Positions 40,368 to 52,184 of a DNA stretch of 64,000 nucleotides are shown here, piece by piece. Numbering within the stretch: position 1 is the stretch's first letter; every line of letters begins with the position of its first letter. The position numbers and the translations under genes were made by a program. This DNA is from Parasitella parasitica NRRL 2501 (Eukaryota; Fungi; Mucoromycota), in the NCBI GenBank assembly GCA_025201805.1, contig MU619273.1:1-64000 (forward strand), read 5' to 3'. The notes under the pieces are model-generated. The model ran no database searches, was not told where the DNA came from, and saw only the letters and a list, made by a program, of their open reading frames with translations.

Positions 40368-41474
40368 ATGGTAAGTTTTCTTTTCTTGTTCAATGCATAA
40401 AACTTCACTTGGTTCTCCATGCGGATCAAAGGGAAAATGTATTCTATGTTTTGTTTGGCTGTATCTTATAAAATGGATATCCTGCATCGTACAAAAGTAT
40501 CTTTGTGACAAAATGGACGAACGCAATGTGTGCCATGTGTGCCATGTGTAAATCTGGCTGGGTTGGTCTTTATTTCGCAAGAAATATCCAACTGGTTAGA
40601 GTGTAGTTTTATCAGAGTTGTAAATTTGTAAAAAGAATTTGAATCTGATCGAACCCTTATCACTCCATGACAGCCTCCATCTACCAAAAAGTCTACCGGC
40701 AAAAAGGTTGCTCCTTCTCCTTATGCTGTCAAGGGAAAGCAAACTGGCAAGACTGCCGCCAACCCTTTGATTGAAAAGACCCCCAAGAACTTTGGTGTCG
40801 GTCAAGATGTCCAACCCAAGCGTGATGTCTCTCGCTTCGTCAAGTGGCCCCATTATGTCAAGCTCCAGCGTCAAAAGAAGATCATTTACCAGCGTCTTAA
40901 GGTCCCCCCTGCTCTCAACCAATTCACCCAGGTTCTGGACAAAAACACTGCCACTCAAGTGTTCAAGCTGATGCACAAGTACAGACCCGAGTCCAAGAAC
41001 GAGAAGCGTGATCGTCTCCGTGCTGCCGCCCTGGCTAAATCCGAAAAGAAGGACGTTGCCAAGACTGACAAGCCCGTCGTCATCAAGTACGGTATCAATC
41101 ACATTACTGCTTTGGTCGAGGCCAAGAAGGCTCAATTGGTCGTCATTGCTGACGATGTCGATCCCATTGAATTGGTCCTCTGGCTTCCAGCCCTCTGTCG
41201 CAAGATGGGTGTCCCATACTGCATTGTCAAGGGCAAGGCTCGTCTTGGAACTCTTGTCCACAAAAAGACTGCCACCGCTTTGGCCTTGACTGAAGTGTCT
41301 GAAGCTGACAAGGCTGAATTAGCTACCGTTGTGTCTGCTGTCAACGCCAACTTTACCGAGAAGTGGGAGGATGTCCGTCGTCACTGGGGTGGTGGAATCA
41401 TGGGCCCCAAGTCCAATGCTAAAATGGCCAAGCGTGCTGCCATTGCTGCCAAAGAAATCGCTGCTCGTCAGTAA
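40368..41474 (+). CDS. RPL8: 60S ribosomal protein eL8 (L8/L7a); first coding exon is ATG only, intron 40371-40673
   Basis: [63 protein letters not shown]. Confidence 0.97.
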
Positions 41475-41842
41475 ATCTCTGTTTAATAAATTAACTACTA
41501 ATTTGTTACAATGCCATTCTATTTTCCTTTTTAAATTACCATTACCTTTTTTAAACATCCCTGTAAATAAACTGCCACAATTCTTTTTTTTTTTTTTTTT
41601 TTTTCTTGCAAAAATCCTCTTTGTTTGCAGGGATATTCAAGTAATTTATTGTTTGATAATTATAAATCATATTGGCGATCAGCTGTCGCTGCAAATGGTT
41701 GTTATTGGTTCAGATTAGTAAATTGATCTATTCAGGTACGAGGTTTCCTTTTTGGGGCAATGAGTAAATTAAGGATTATAAATATCATGCGTGCATTGAT
41801 TGTTAAAGGCCTTTCTTTTTCCTTTGTTTTTAATATATAAAA

Positions 41843-42619
41843 ATGCTGACATCTACTTCAACAATCGATTTACAACATACAACTAGCATGATGAACTCAG
41901 ACAATGCACCCGACTCTACCAGCGACATTGACCATCAGTTCTTGAAGAGCCAACACGGTTATGACTATCGCCCATTGCCAACAGTTTTAACTGGTAATTG
42001 TGTAGCAAGCCGTATAAGAGCAAAGACATATTGAAATACTTAACATTCTACATGTTCTGTGTAGATTTTTTTGCTTTTAAACTTTGCGATTTCCTCCCAA
42101 CTCGTCCACTGCCAATTGGCTCGATACGAACGACTCCCGAGCTGGTCTACTTTATCTTGAAAATCACATCACAAGCCCGCATATCATGTCACATTGCGGT
42201 TGTAGCTCTTATTTACATCGAACGGTGCAAGGCTGCACTTCCAAAAAATGCAATTGGTGACCAAGGTATGAGTGCTCTGAAAATAGTGTGATAAAATCAG
42301 ACTTACTAATGGCTGCATACGTACATTTCATGTAGATACGAATCACCGTATATTTGTGGCCTCGTTACTTGTGGCATCAAAATATTTGCATGGCACATGC
42401 TGGGGTTCTAGCCAGAATTTTGTCAGAGAGTCAACAGAAGAAACACCTGTTTGGCTGAATAATGCACGAATGGCCTGCATCTGCAACGGGTTATATTCGT
42501 TGCAAGACATTAATCAGTCAGAACAATCATTTCTAAGCTTGATCAAATACAACTGCTTTGTGAAGCCAATTGAAGTTCAAGATTATCTGCTTATGCACAG
42601 GCAAGACCTGCTGTTGTAG
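41843..42619 (+). CDS. Pho85-type (Pcl) cyclin N-domain protein (3 exons)
   Basis: VALIYIERCKAALP...NHRIFVASLLVASKYL...LQDINQSEQSFLSLIKYN cyclin box. Confidence 0.8.
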
Positions 42620-43690
42620 ATAAAATCTATTAGATGACTATATATATAATTATAGAAACATATATGACCAGAGCCAATATATCCACGTTTTACAGTAATA
42701 ATGATACCCATAAATCAAATAAACATGATTCTATTACAAATACAAACGTGACTCAAATGCAGGGGGGGAGGGCAGCAATAGGCGTGCACCAATGGTCATT
42801 TTCTGCTGTTTCATCTCTAATCAACGCCTTGTTTATTCTACAGCGCAGTGCTTGGATCGCCTGCCCTATCAGTTTCAAGCAACATCATATGCGATTGACC
42901 AGGCTTGTGATGTATTTTAATACAAGCATGGCGCCCGGGAGTGCCGCAATTGGAAATACACATATTCTCGTAATATCAAATAGAAGCATCGAGCCACGTG
43001 CGTGCGTCGTTTGTTCAAAGACTCCCAAGTTTAAATGGCATTTGCATGCAAAATGTGGAGTAATCCAGTATCACGCTCCATTTTGCACCGTTGTAAATAG
43101 GGGTTGATAACCTCAAACAAGGAATGACAAGCTGATTAAGTGTGCTGCAATCAAGCATAATGAATGTTCAAGACCTTAAAATTCATTTATCTAGGTACAA
43201 TTTATAAGCATGCTTTTTGAATTTGCCACAATAGAGTATGCACATATATTAGTGCCTGTGATAAGTGTTTGGAACAATGGGTGCAGCGCTTTATATTGAT
43301 TATGCTTGTACAATATATACACTCTGTTGTGAGATCAGGCGACTACTTGAGTAAAAACACATAGCCTTACTTGTATACCTGTGCAAAACATTGTCAGTTT
43401 TCTATATAATGAAATTGCAAAAGCTGATCCTCTAGAATCAATGAAAAAAAAAGTACAGCACAGGTTCTTAATCAACAGAGTATTATGACATTGTTCCAAG
43501 CTCAACGCAGGCCTAATTCAATTCAGAAAATGGGTCTGCGTGTGAGTATTATTCATGCTGTGCAACTTGACCCTTAAATGTGGTCCTTGCTGCCTTAATT
43601 TCTGCTCGAAAAAAGAGATTGAGAATGAAAAATCTACAAAAGAGTCGCGTCTAACAAAAGCAGGGCGAGCCTTCTTTCGATTAAAAAAAC

Positions 43691-44631
43691 ATGTCAAAAC
43701 GCTTATTCTCGCAAGCGGCAGACGGTGATTACCCAGAAGGAGCAGATTTCTTCAAAGCGGCTATCCCTCTTAGTAAAAAGGATCCTGAGTTGGTGAATGG
43801 AATCCCTGTATCAGGAGAAGACTACCTTTTGGTTGTTCGGTAGAATTATGGACCCAAGCAGCTTTGGGGGAACAATTTACTCACTGGACAGTCTTTTGTT
43901 TTTTTTTTTGTTTTTTTTAGCAATCAAGCCAAAAAATGTGCTCAGACTGTTGTTGCTCCTCCACCGGCACTGATAAAAAAGATACAGCTGCCTTTGCATT
44001 TCCAGTTCTGTGATAATCATGTAGCGAAAACCGAGGATCAAGCTTCGAGTGCCTGGAGAAAAGGGTTTTCCAAGCCGTTCAAATCTTACCAAAAGGTAGT
44101 ATCCCATCGTCTGCATTGCTTGGTCGTGCTCACCAATTTGCGATAGTTTGTGCAAGATACCAAACAGCAATCAACGACCCACAAGGAAATAACATCCATT
44201 GACGAGGCATACAAGATTTTGTACACTCAAAACCAAGATATCATTTCATTCATACCGACGCTATCTCAGGTATGCCAAAGAAAGACGAGTATGTGCGTAG
44301 ATGGCTGACTCACTGTTCAAAGCATACCATTTTGCGATTACTGAAATACCACATCCAGTGGCTGGATAAAGACATTGCATTAAAGGTAGCATATGCTACA
44401 AACTATCCGTGCAAATCTTACTTACCGCTCCTTCATTTGGGCTAGTGTCGATGGATGTTTTGTTTGTTGGTATTCCTGGACCCTGTCTTGACATCAAACA
44501 ACATTTCTGTGCTTCGGGATGTATCTCGGGAGTGTATCAAAGTAAGAGCCAGCACGCCACAGGAACTCGCTCCTTTGAATATCATAATCTCTGTAATAGC
44601 AGATGTGTTTGGACAGTCAGATCTGGTCTAA
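43691..44631 (+). CDS. GEMIN2: Gemin2/SIP1 (SMN-complex subunit), 5 short exons, missed by the ORF track
   Basis: Spliced translation gives PVSGEDYLLVVRNQAKKC...VVA, W...F, RWMFCLLVFLDPVL...SVLRDVSREC and C-terminal LNIIISVIADVFGQSDLV, all Gemin2 hallmarks. Confidence 0.88.
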
Positions 44632-45122
44632 TTATACCTTTTGTGTCATGCCATAGATGAAAATATACAAATATAAAACACTCTTGCTTACGCTTGTGCT
44701 GGTATTCAGTATGAGCGATTTCCACTTTTTCATTTTGGCACCACCACGCAACCCCTCACCCCTCTTGGTGTCAGAACAGTGAAGCCAGTATTTTTTCTTT
44801 TTTATTATTTTACTTTATTTTCTGTACATGTTATGCTTGCTCGCTGCGGATAGAATGTCAAGCTTGCAGATTGCCTGTGATTTTGAATAAATTCCATTAC
44901 ACAAAAAGTGCTTACAGTTCAATAAAAGCTCGCCATGTACGGTAGTGTATACTGCATCTATGCACTATGTGGGCCGGGTGAATTCCCTGCCTCAAAAATA
45001 ACAAATCAAGCCAAACTTTTTAGCAACGCAATTCCAGGATCCAGGTTCGTTTGGACAGTTTGACAATGTGGTAAACTATGAAAATGGGCCTCCTTCTCCA
45101 TCATGATAGCTTGGTAATAAAA

Positions 45123-45132
45123 NNNNNNNNNN
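45123..45132. other. Assembly gap (10 N)
   Basis: Run of n characters. Confidence 0.99.
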
Positions 45133-45713
45133 AAAAAGTAAATGAGGGCCTCCTTAATTCTCAGGAACACGTACTGTTCACAAGAATGGCTTTATATTAA
45201 ACCGTAAAATGCGAGGGAGTAAATCCCTATATCAGTTTACTGTCGGTTCGGCCTCTGTCGTTTTTACCACTCTTTCAGGTATATTTCGCAGTTAATGTAC
45301 AGCGCATCAAAAGGATGATGCGCGCTAGTACACTGGGAATATGAGGTATATTTGGCGAAATGTCCTTTTACTCCATTGTTGTGCGGGGATCAATCCTAGC
45401 AGTGATTCCTAACTGTATCAGCAGATATTAAAATCTACAAGCTTGGAGCCATAGGACGTGTCGTTCTCCTTGTATGCATGTAGTACATCAACAAATTCGT
45501 TGAGCAAATCAGGGTTTTTTCCTTTTTCATAGAACAAAAAAGTAAAAAGTGCTTAAAACGGGCCGTAAAAAAAAAAAAAAAAAAAAACCGAGCGTATGTT
45601 ACATAACATTTGATCCATACTGCATACATTTCAGAAAGAGAATGACTTCAATCGAAGTTTGTGTAAACGCCTTTATCCATCTTTTTCTATTTTATCTATT
45701 CAAAACAGCTGTA

Positions 45714-47471
45714 ATGGCTCGATCGTCCTCGTCGTTGATGGCTCTGCCAGCAGCTGGAACGATTTTCCTCGCTAGCGCAATCTACTTTTACTGCCAAAAC
45801 AAGAAAAAGCAAAGCTCTCTCCCTCCAAGAGCGCCTGGTTATTTGCCCGTTGTCGGCCATCTGCTCCAGCTCACAAAGCCAATTCCTATTCAGCAGCTGT
45901 TCTACAACTGGAGTCTCGAGACGGGGCCCATTTACACCTGCTATTTCGGAAGTCAACGCTGGATTGTGCTGAATTCGATCGAAACTATTCGTGATTTGAT
46001 CGTTGATCGTGGCGGGGTGTACTCGTCGAGAAAATTGCCCGATACGCTTGTCCACGATTTCATGCAAGGAGGTACGTTAGTAGAGAGAGAGAGAGAGTGT
46101 GTGTGTGTGGCTTAATTGGCAAATAACACTTGTACGTCAATTTTTACATAGATCAAGGTGGAGGATTTGCGTTCTTTCCTTATAACGCAAGTTGGCGAAG
46201 ACTACGTCGAATCGGTAAGTTACGGCATGCGTGGCATGTTGCCTCATTGTTTACTCACGCAAAATAGCGCATGGTGGGCTTATCAAGAACAAAGTCGATG
46301 AATATCAGCCGATCCTCGATGATCGTCGCACCGTATTCCTATCTCACCTGTTCAATTTGAGCAAAGAAAAGACCAACAATTCGGCCCAGGGCGTCCAGCT
46401 ATCTGAACTTGTTGAGCACTATACCATGACCAGTATACTTGCCATTGCATTTGGAGACATGTGCAATTTTCAGCCGGGCGACCCTGCATTGCACAAAGCT
46501 TTCGCGCTCACCGAAAGAGCAGCAAACACTATGAGCCCCGATGAGCAGATGCGTGAATTTTTTCCCATTCTAAAGACACTTTGGCCAGTGAAAAGAGCGA
46601 AATACATTCAAGTCCGCGATGATGTTAACGAGTTCTATGGTGGCCTTTTGGACGAATTCAGGGCAAAAATGGCAGAGAATAGCGACAATGTCCCAGACTG
46701 CTTTGTCAGAGAGGTCATGAAGCTAAACGAGCTCACAGATCTGCAAATCAAAAACTTTGTAGCGATATTTGTGGGTGCTGGCTCGGACACAACAACGTCC
46801 ACATTGGAGTGGTTGTTGGCGTACTTGGCCAACCATCCCGAGGTCCAAGACAGAGCTTTTGAAGAGATCAAAGATGCCGTGGGATTGGGAAGGCTTCCTG
46901 GGTCTCAAGATGGTAAGTGTAACTTTACTATTCACGCGTCGCTGTATAACCTGAACGGAACGGTATTATAGAGCCGATGCTTCCGTATGTGCAATGCATC
47001 ATCTTGGAAGTCCTGCGTCTTCGTCCTCCTGCCCCTATTGCTATTCCTCATGCTACCAGCAAAGATGATGTATACAAGCAATGGCTCATTCCAAAAGATA
47101 CAATCGTTGTGCTGAACTTGTTTGCTACCCACCAAAATGCCGAGCGCTTCCCTAATCCAACTGCGTTTATGCCTGAGCGTCATATGGACTTTGTCTTGTC
47201 AAGTCAGCAGCGAAAAGTGTTCAAGCAGACTGTAGAGGATCGCCCTCATTTGAGCTTCTCAACTGGGCGCCGTGTGTGTGTTGGCATTCATTTAGCTGAA
47301 CGCACCTTGTTTATGGCAGCTTCTATGTTGCTGGCCAGCTTTAAATTGGAAAATGTTGGCTCGCCCATCAATGTCGACGTCCCTCGCGATATACGCGCTA
47401 CTACTTGGTCGCCGTCTTCGTATAATCTTTGCCTAATTCCAAGACATGAAAACATAGAGCTCCTCTTTTAA
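45714..47471 (+). CDS. Cytochrome P450 monooxygenase (4 exons)
   Basis: N-terminal anchor and PP..PG..P.VGHL; AGSDTT I-helix; EVLR; PERH; heme motif FSTGRRVCVG. Confidence 0.95.
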
Positions 47472-47638
47472 ATAAACAAAACATTAATTATATATACAAT
47501 ACATTCAGCATTCGTAGTCCGTTGGTTGTGTCTTGGTCGGGAGACAGCCATCATATAAGTTTAGGCTGGGAAAATAGCCCAATCTTTCTGTCTCTTTTTT
47601 TTTTTTATATATAATATATATTTCACTGGGGACACATC

Positions 47639-49116
47639 ATGAACAACGACATTAAGGAATCTATCGCCAACACTATCAAAAGCCTCGACAGAGAGCTTCG
47701 AGAAATCAGCCTTAAGGTAGTTTGGTGGTGTATCAGTGCGCTCGTGTACTGACTTGAACTGTTCAAAAAGATCCACGATGACCCCGAGCTCGGAAACAAA
47801 GAGTTCCATGCTTATCAACTTTTGACAGAATACATCAAATCAAAAGGATTCAAAGTCACCTACAAGGCAGCAGGTTTGGAGACAGCTTTCATAGCCCATT
47901 ATTCAAACAGTGGTTCCGGAAGACGAGTAGGGTTTGTGTGCGAATACGACTCATTGCCTGGGTAAAAAAAAAAAAAAATTAGTGCGCTCAGATCTTAATC
48001 CATGAAACGTTTCATCTAACAAAAAAAGTGTGTAAATTCTTGCTATAGTGTGGGACACGCATGCGGCCACAATATCATCACTGTGCAAGGCATTGCCTGC
48101 AGTCTTGCGCTGAAGGCCTTGATGGAACAAGATTTAGTACAGGGAACGATTGTGCTTTTCGGTACTCCTGCCGAAGAAACCACCAGCGGAAAAATCAACT
48201 TTGTTCAGCAAGGCATTCTGCAGGACAACGTCGATTATGCCATGATGCTTGTACGTATTTCGAGGGACTGGTTTGAATTATATTACAGTGACAGAGAATT
48301 TAATGCACATTGAGTAGCATCCCTTCGCTCAAGACGGCATTTACAGTAGAATGTTGGCTTTGGACTCTGCTGATATCGAGTTTTTTGGCAAGGCTTCACA
48401 TGCTGGCATGGCTCCTTGGGACGGCATTAATGCTGTAGATGCTTTGATGCAAGGCTTTGATAACATTGGCATGTTGAGGCAGCAAATTCTGCCCTCTGAT
48501 AGGTAAACTTTGGCATATAAAAAAAAAAACGAGAGATAGATCCTTCGTTTGGCTGATGTTTATTGCATTTAAAAGAGTCCATGGCATCATTACTCACGGC
48601 GGCAAAGCTGCTAATGTCATTCCAGATTATGCATCAGCTCATTTCTACGCTCGTTCCATCACAAAAGACCAGCTGAAAGAACTGAAGCCTCGTGTCGATA
48701 ATTGCTTCAAGGCAGCAGCACTTTCAACTGGGTGCGAGATCAAGATGCAGTGGGGACCATTGGGGCCCGTTGAAGATGTGTTTATGAACGACGCAATGGC
48801 ATTGAATTTCAAACACTATATGGAAGAGGAGGGTATCACATACCCATCTCGTGTGGAGGAAGAACAAACTAGTACAGGCAGCACTGATATGGGCAACTTT
48901 AGCTATGCAGTTCCTTCCATCCATCCGGCCTATGGCATCCATACTACTGCTGCTAATCACACCAAGGAATTTACCATTGCTGCTAGAACGGAAGTTGCTC
49001 ACCAGGACACCTTACGTGCTGCCAAGTGTCTTTCAATGACTGCGGCCGAAGTTATGGTCGATGATAATCTCTATGAACAAGTCGTTGCTGATTTCAAAAA
49101 GGGCAAGGCCCAGTAA
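47639..49116 (+). CDS. M20D amidohydrolase / PM20D2 (ACY1L2)-like peptidase (5 exons)
   Basis: IHDDPELGNKEF, CEYDSLPG, GHACGHN, GTPAEE, ASHAGMAPWDGINAVDA, GSTDMGNFSYAVPSIHP, NHT. Confidence 0.92.
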
Positions 49117-49599
49117 AATTGTCAAAAATATACTATATCCCTAACCTCCATCTTGTATGGCAGACCCGTACGGTCAATAATAAGAACGCAATAAACTTAC
49201 ATGTGTATTTTCACTGAGACGTTTTTATGCAGTTTTGACATTTTCTGTGCAGTGAGCATATAACAGCAATAAAACCGTAAGCGGCCAAGTGAAAGACGAT
49301 TTTCCAAGTACTAGGAATTCAGGTTGTAGTTTTTAATGCTTTAGCACTTAAAGTTTACTGCTCTCATTCCGAATTTGTTGTAGCTGCCCCTACCCCCTTT
49401 TTTTTTGTTTGGAGATATTGGCAACACAGCAGTAGCATAATTTTGCAAGCAAACTCTATTCAAGTCTCTAGGTAACAATCTACTTGTGTTGCTGCACACC
49501 TTCCGATTTTCAATATACATACTGCCTTTCTCCAAGCTCATATTCAACAAGCTAGAGCCAATCTGAAAACTAATAGTATGAAAATTTGTATCTATAGTG

Positions 49600-51530
49600 C
49601 TATAACATATATGGTTTAATGCAGAATTTATTTTTTGACTTAAAACAACTAATTTACATATATGATATATCTAATACTTTGTTGCGATATTTAGCAACAG
49701 AGATTTGATGCATGATTTGGAATCGAATGCCAACATATTGCTGAGCTTGAATTTACCACTGCTGCAAATATAGGCCTTTATAGTTGTACACCATCTATTT
49801 CAATTGAGGAGCAAACCATGATATTAATAAATAACTTGGGTATTTCTTAGTATAAATCAATAGCTGAGACACATTATAATACGTTTTCAAAGCTGTTTTT
49901 ATGCAGATTCATGGTTCGGTTAAAAAAAAAAGGCCACTTAATCATGGCTATCACCTCTTTCCCCGCTTTAATGCATAACTTGCAATCTTTAAAATCTTTA
50001 CAAATTACTAAGCGATAGAGATACAACCTTCTGCCAAAATCTTTTTCTTTTAGATTATTGTACAATATACCTAAGTTTTACGTACCTCTGACCATTTTCC
50101 AGATTTTGCCATGTTTGGACCCCAAACCTCAGATTCGATTTTTAGTTTTCAACTTTGGGTCGATCTTCAGGGTCATTTTTAGGTACGGATTTGAGGTCTA
50201 AACTAAGGTTACATCCAGGTACTGGTATAATAACTGTACCTCACTACGTCTTCCGATTCTCGATATCTATCTTTGCTGTCGAGATATTGCCAAAACTAGA
50301 TTTTGCAGATTTTACAGCATATGTCCCTATAACAAGTACCAAATTTTGCAATTAAATCACGTTAAAGTTCCCAAGTAAAGTAGTAAGACACGTTTTGGTA
50401 CATCTACTGATATTAAGCATGTTGTGGTGAAGCTCGAATTCGACAAGCTTGAGCCAATTTGTCGTTTTATGCTAAACTTTGTCCACCTTTTTCTCATCAA
50501 ATCACTAAAGCACTTGGGCTTGAGTGATTATTAAAACCTTTTTGAAACTTGATTCTCTACTAGTTGTATAAGTTTTTAGATAGAAATTTTGAAAGAAATA
50601 TTTCTTCATATGTTTTTAGCAGAGGCTTGATTTATTTTTATAACTTTAAAAGCAAAAGAAAGTATTTGAAGATACATGATATATCAATACAAACATAGAG
50701 CTACAAAATAGCTACGGAATGGTTTTTGTTTGATTAAAAAATGCCAATTTTTGAGCGAGATAATGGCGAAAAACAGTATGGTTTTTTTACCCTTTTGAAT
50801 GGCTCCATTTTGGCCCTATAAGTCTAGGGACGAAAAAATGTTGATTGATTTTGGTTGAGACAAAAATTTAATTTCTGGCAGAAATAATAAAGCTACAGCT
50901 ATGAACAAAATATTGACGTGTTGGTATTGACATGATGGTTTGTTTGGTCAACTTTATAGAGCTGAATGCGCTCAAAACATGCTTGATTTTATCCAAAAAC
51001 TATCAAAAATGGCGTTTTTTGAATATTTGAAGATTAATCATATAAAAAGGTGTTTCTATATTCTTGTAATTTATATGCTTAAATGCAGAATTTTGTTATT
51101 GTTATAAAACACTTAGTTTGCAAATCCGATATACTTACTACGTTCTTGAGATATCTAGCAATGAACCATGCAAAAAAAATAAAGGATCTGGTTTGGGTTA
51201 AACTGGAAGCACACCGCTGAGATTGAATTTGTAGCCTCTTTTCTCGCTGTAAATGAGTGCATCACCTAGTTTTTATTGAGGAGCAAAGTATGATCCAAAT
51301 AGGTAACTTGGGTATGCCTCAAAATGAATTGATATCTGATATGTTGTAAAATTTGATTTTGAAATCCATTTTTATATAGCTGGATTATTGGTTGAAATAA
51401 TTTTTTCACACAATGTAGGTCATTTTTTTTAACCGCCTGAAAGCATAATCCGAAATTTCTAACATCTTTGGAAAGATTAATAGACAACAAAGATAGCCTC
51501 TCTAGCCAGAGTCTAATTTTTTTGCCTTGT
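49600..51530. repeat. Two diverged direct copies (~450 bp; ~49600-50050 and ~51070-51530) of an AT-rich repeat, probably transposon-derived
   Basis: Collinear shared blocks: TAATGCAGAATTT, GATAT(T/C)TAGCAA, GCTGAG(C/A)TTGAATTT, ATTGAGGAGCAAA..ATGAT, TAACTTGGGTAT, GCATAA; offset about 1470 bp. Confidence 0.65.
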
Positions 51531-51991
51531 TGAAACTTTTGCCTTTAGTAGTACGATATCATTACATTTTCAAAAGAAACCCCCTCCCCACTGACTGAAG
51601 TTCAAGGTCACCAGATATCCGAATGTCTGGAATTCCTCATCAATCATGTACCGTACATACAATAAAATTAGCTAATATGGAACGAGCGGGTAAACCTTCG
51701 TTATAAAAATTTGATAATTCAAGGAAAACCTTGAAAATCGAGAGGACATGTATCGCTTCGATATTACATTATATGTTATTGTAGCGACAAGCTTGCTGGC
51801 TTATGTGCATTAATAAAGTAACCTGTGATTCTTGTGCCTTGATTTTTTTTTTAAAACAAAAAAAAGTATAAACAAAATTACCCTTAAATAAACTTAATTC
51901 GCTGTAAAATACTGTTGAAAGTGAGAATTAGCTTTCAACAAACTTTATTGTTCCTTCTTGCTGCCTCTAATCATCCCGTATCAAGATTTTC

Positions 51992-52040
51992 AGGGGTGGC
52001 AAATATTTGGGGGGCGGCAAATATTTGGGGGGCAGCAAAT
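51992..52040 (+). repeat. Three tandem ~17-bp G-rich units (GGGG.GGCAAATATTT) upstream of CWH43
   Basis: ggggtggcaaatattt ggggggcggcaaatattt ggggggcagcaaata. Confidence 0.75.
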
Positions 52041-52184
52041 ACAGATTTGATTGCTTCTGTAAAAAAAGAAACATGATAGCCCATTCCTCTATTCTCTTTT
52101 TCATTTCATTTTCAAATTGAAGCCTCTTTTCTTTTTATCTAATCCTATTTTTTAACCCATTGGCAAGAAAATATAAGGTTACTT

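Noticed and set aside
40596-41261. Long antisense ORFs over RPL8 (also over RPL20, PKC1, the lactonase and RIX7)
   Set aside because: Shadow ORFs caused by biased codon usage or repeats on the coding strand.
42634-43107. 157-aa ORF downstream of the cyclin
   Set aside because: No recognisable domain; overlaps the likely 3'UTR/intergenic DNA.
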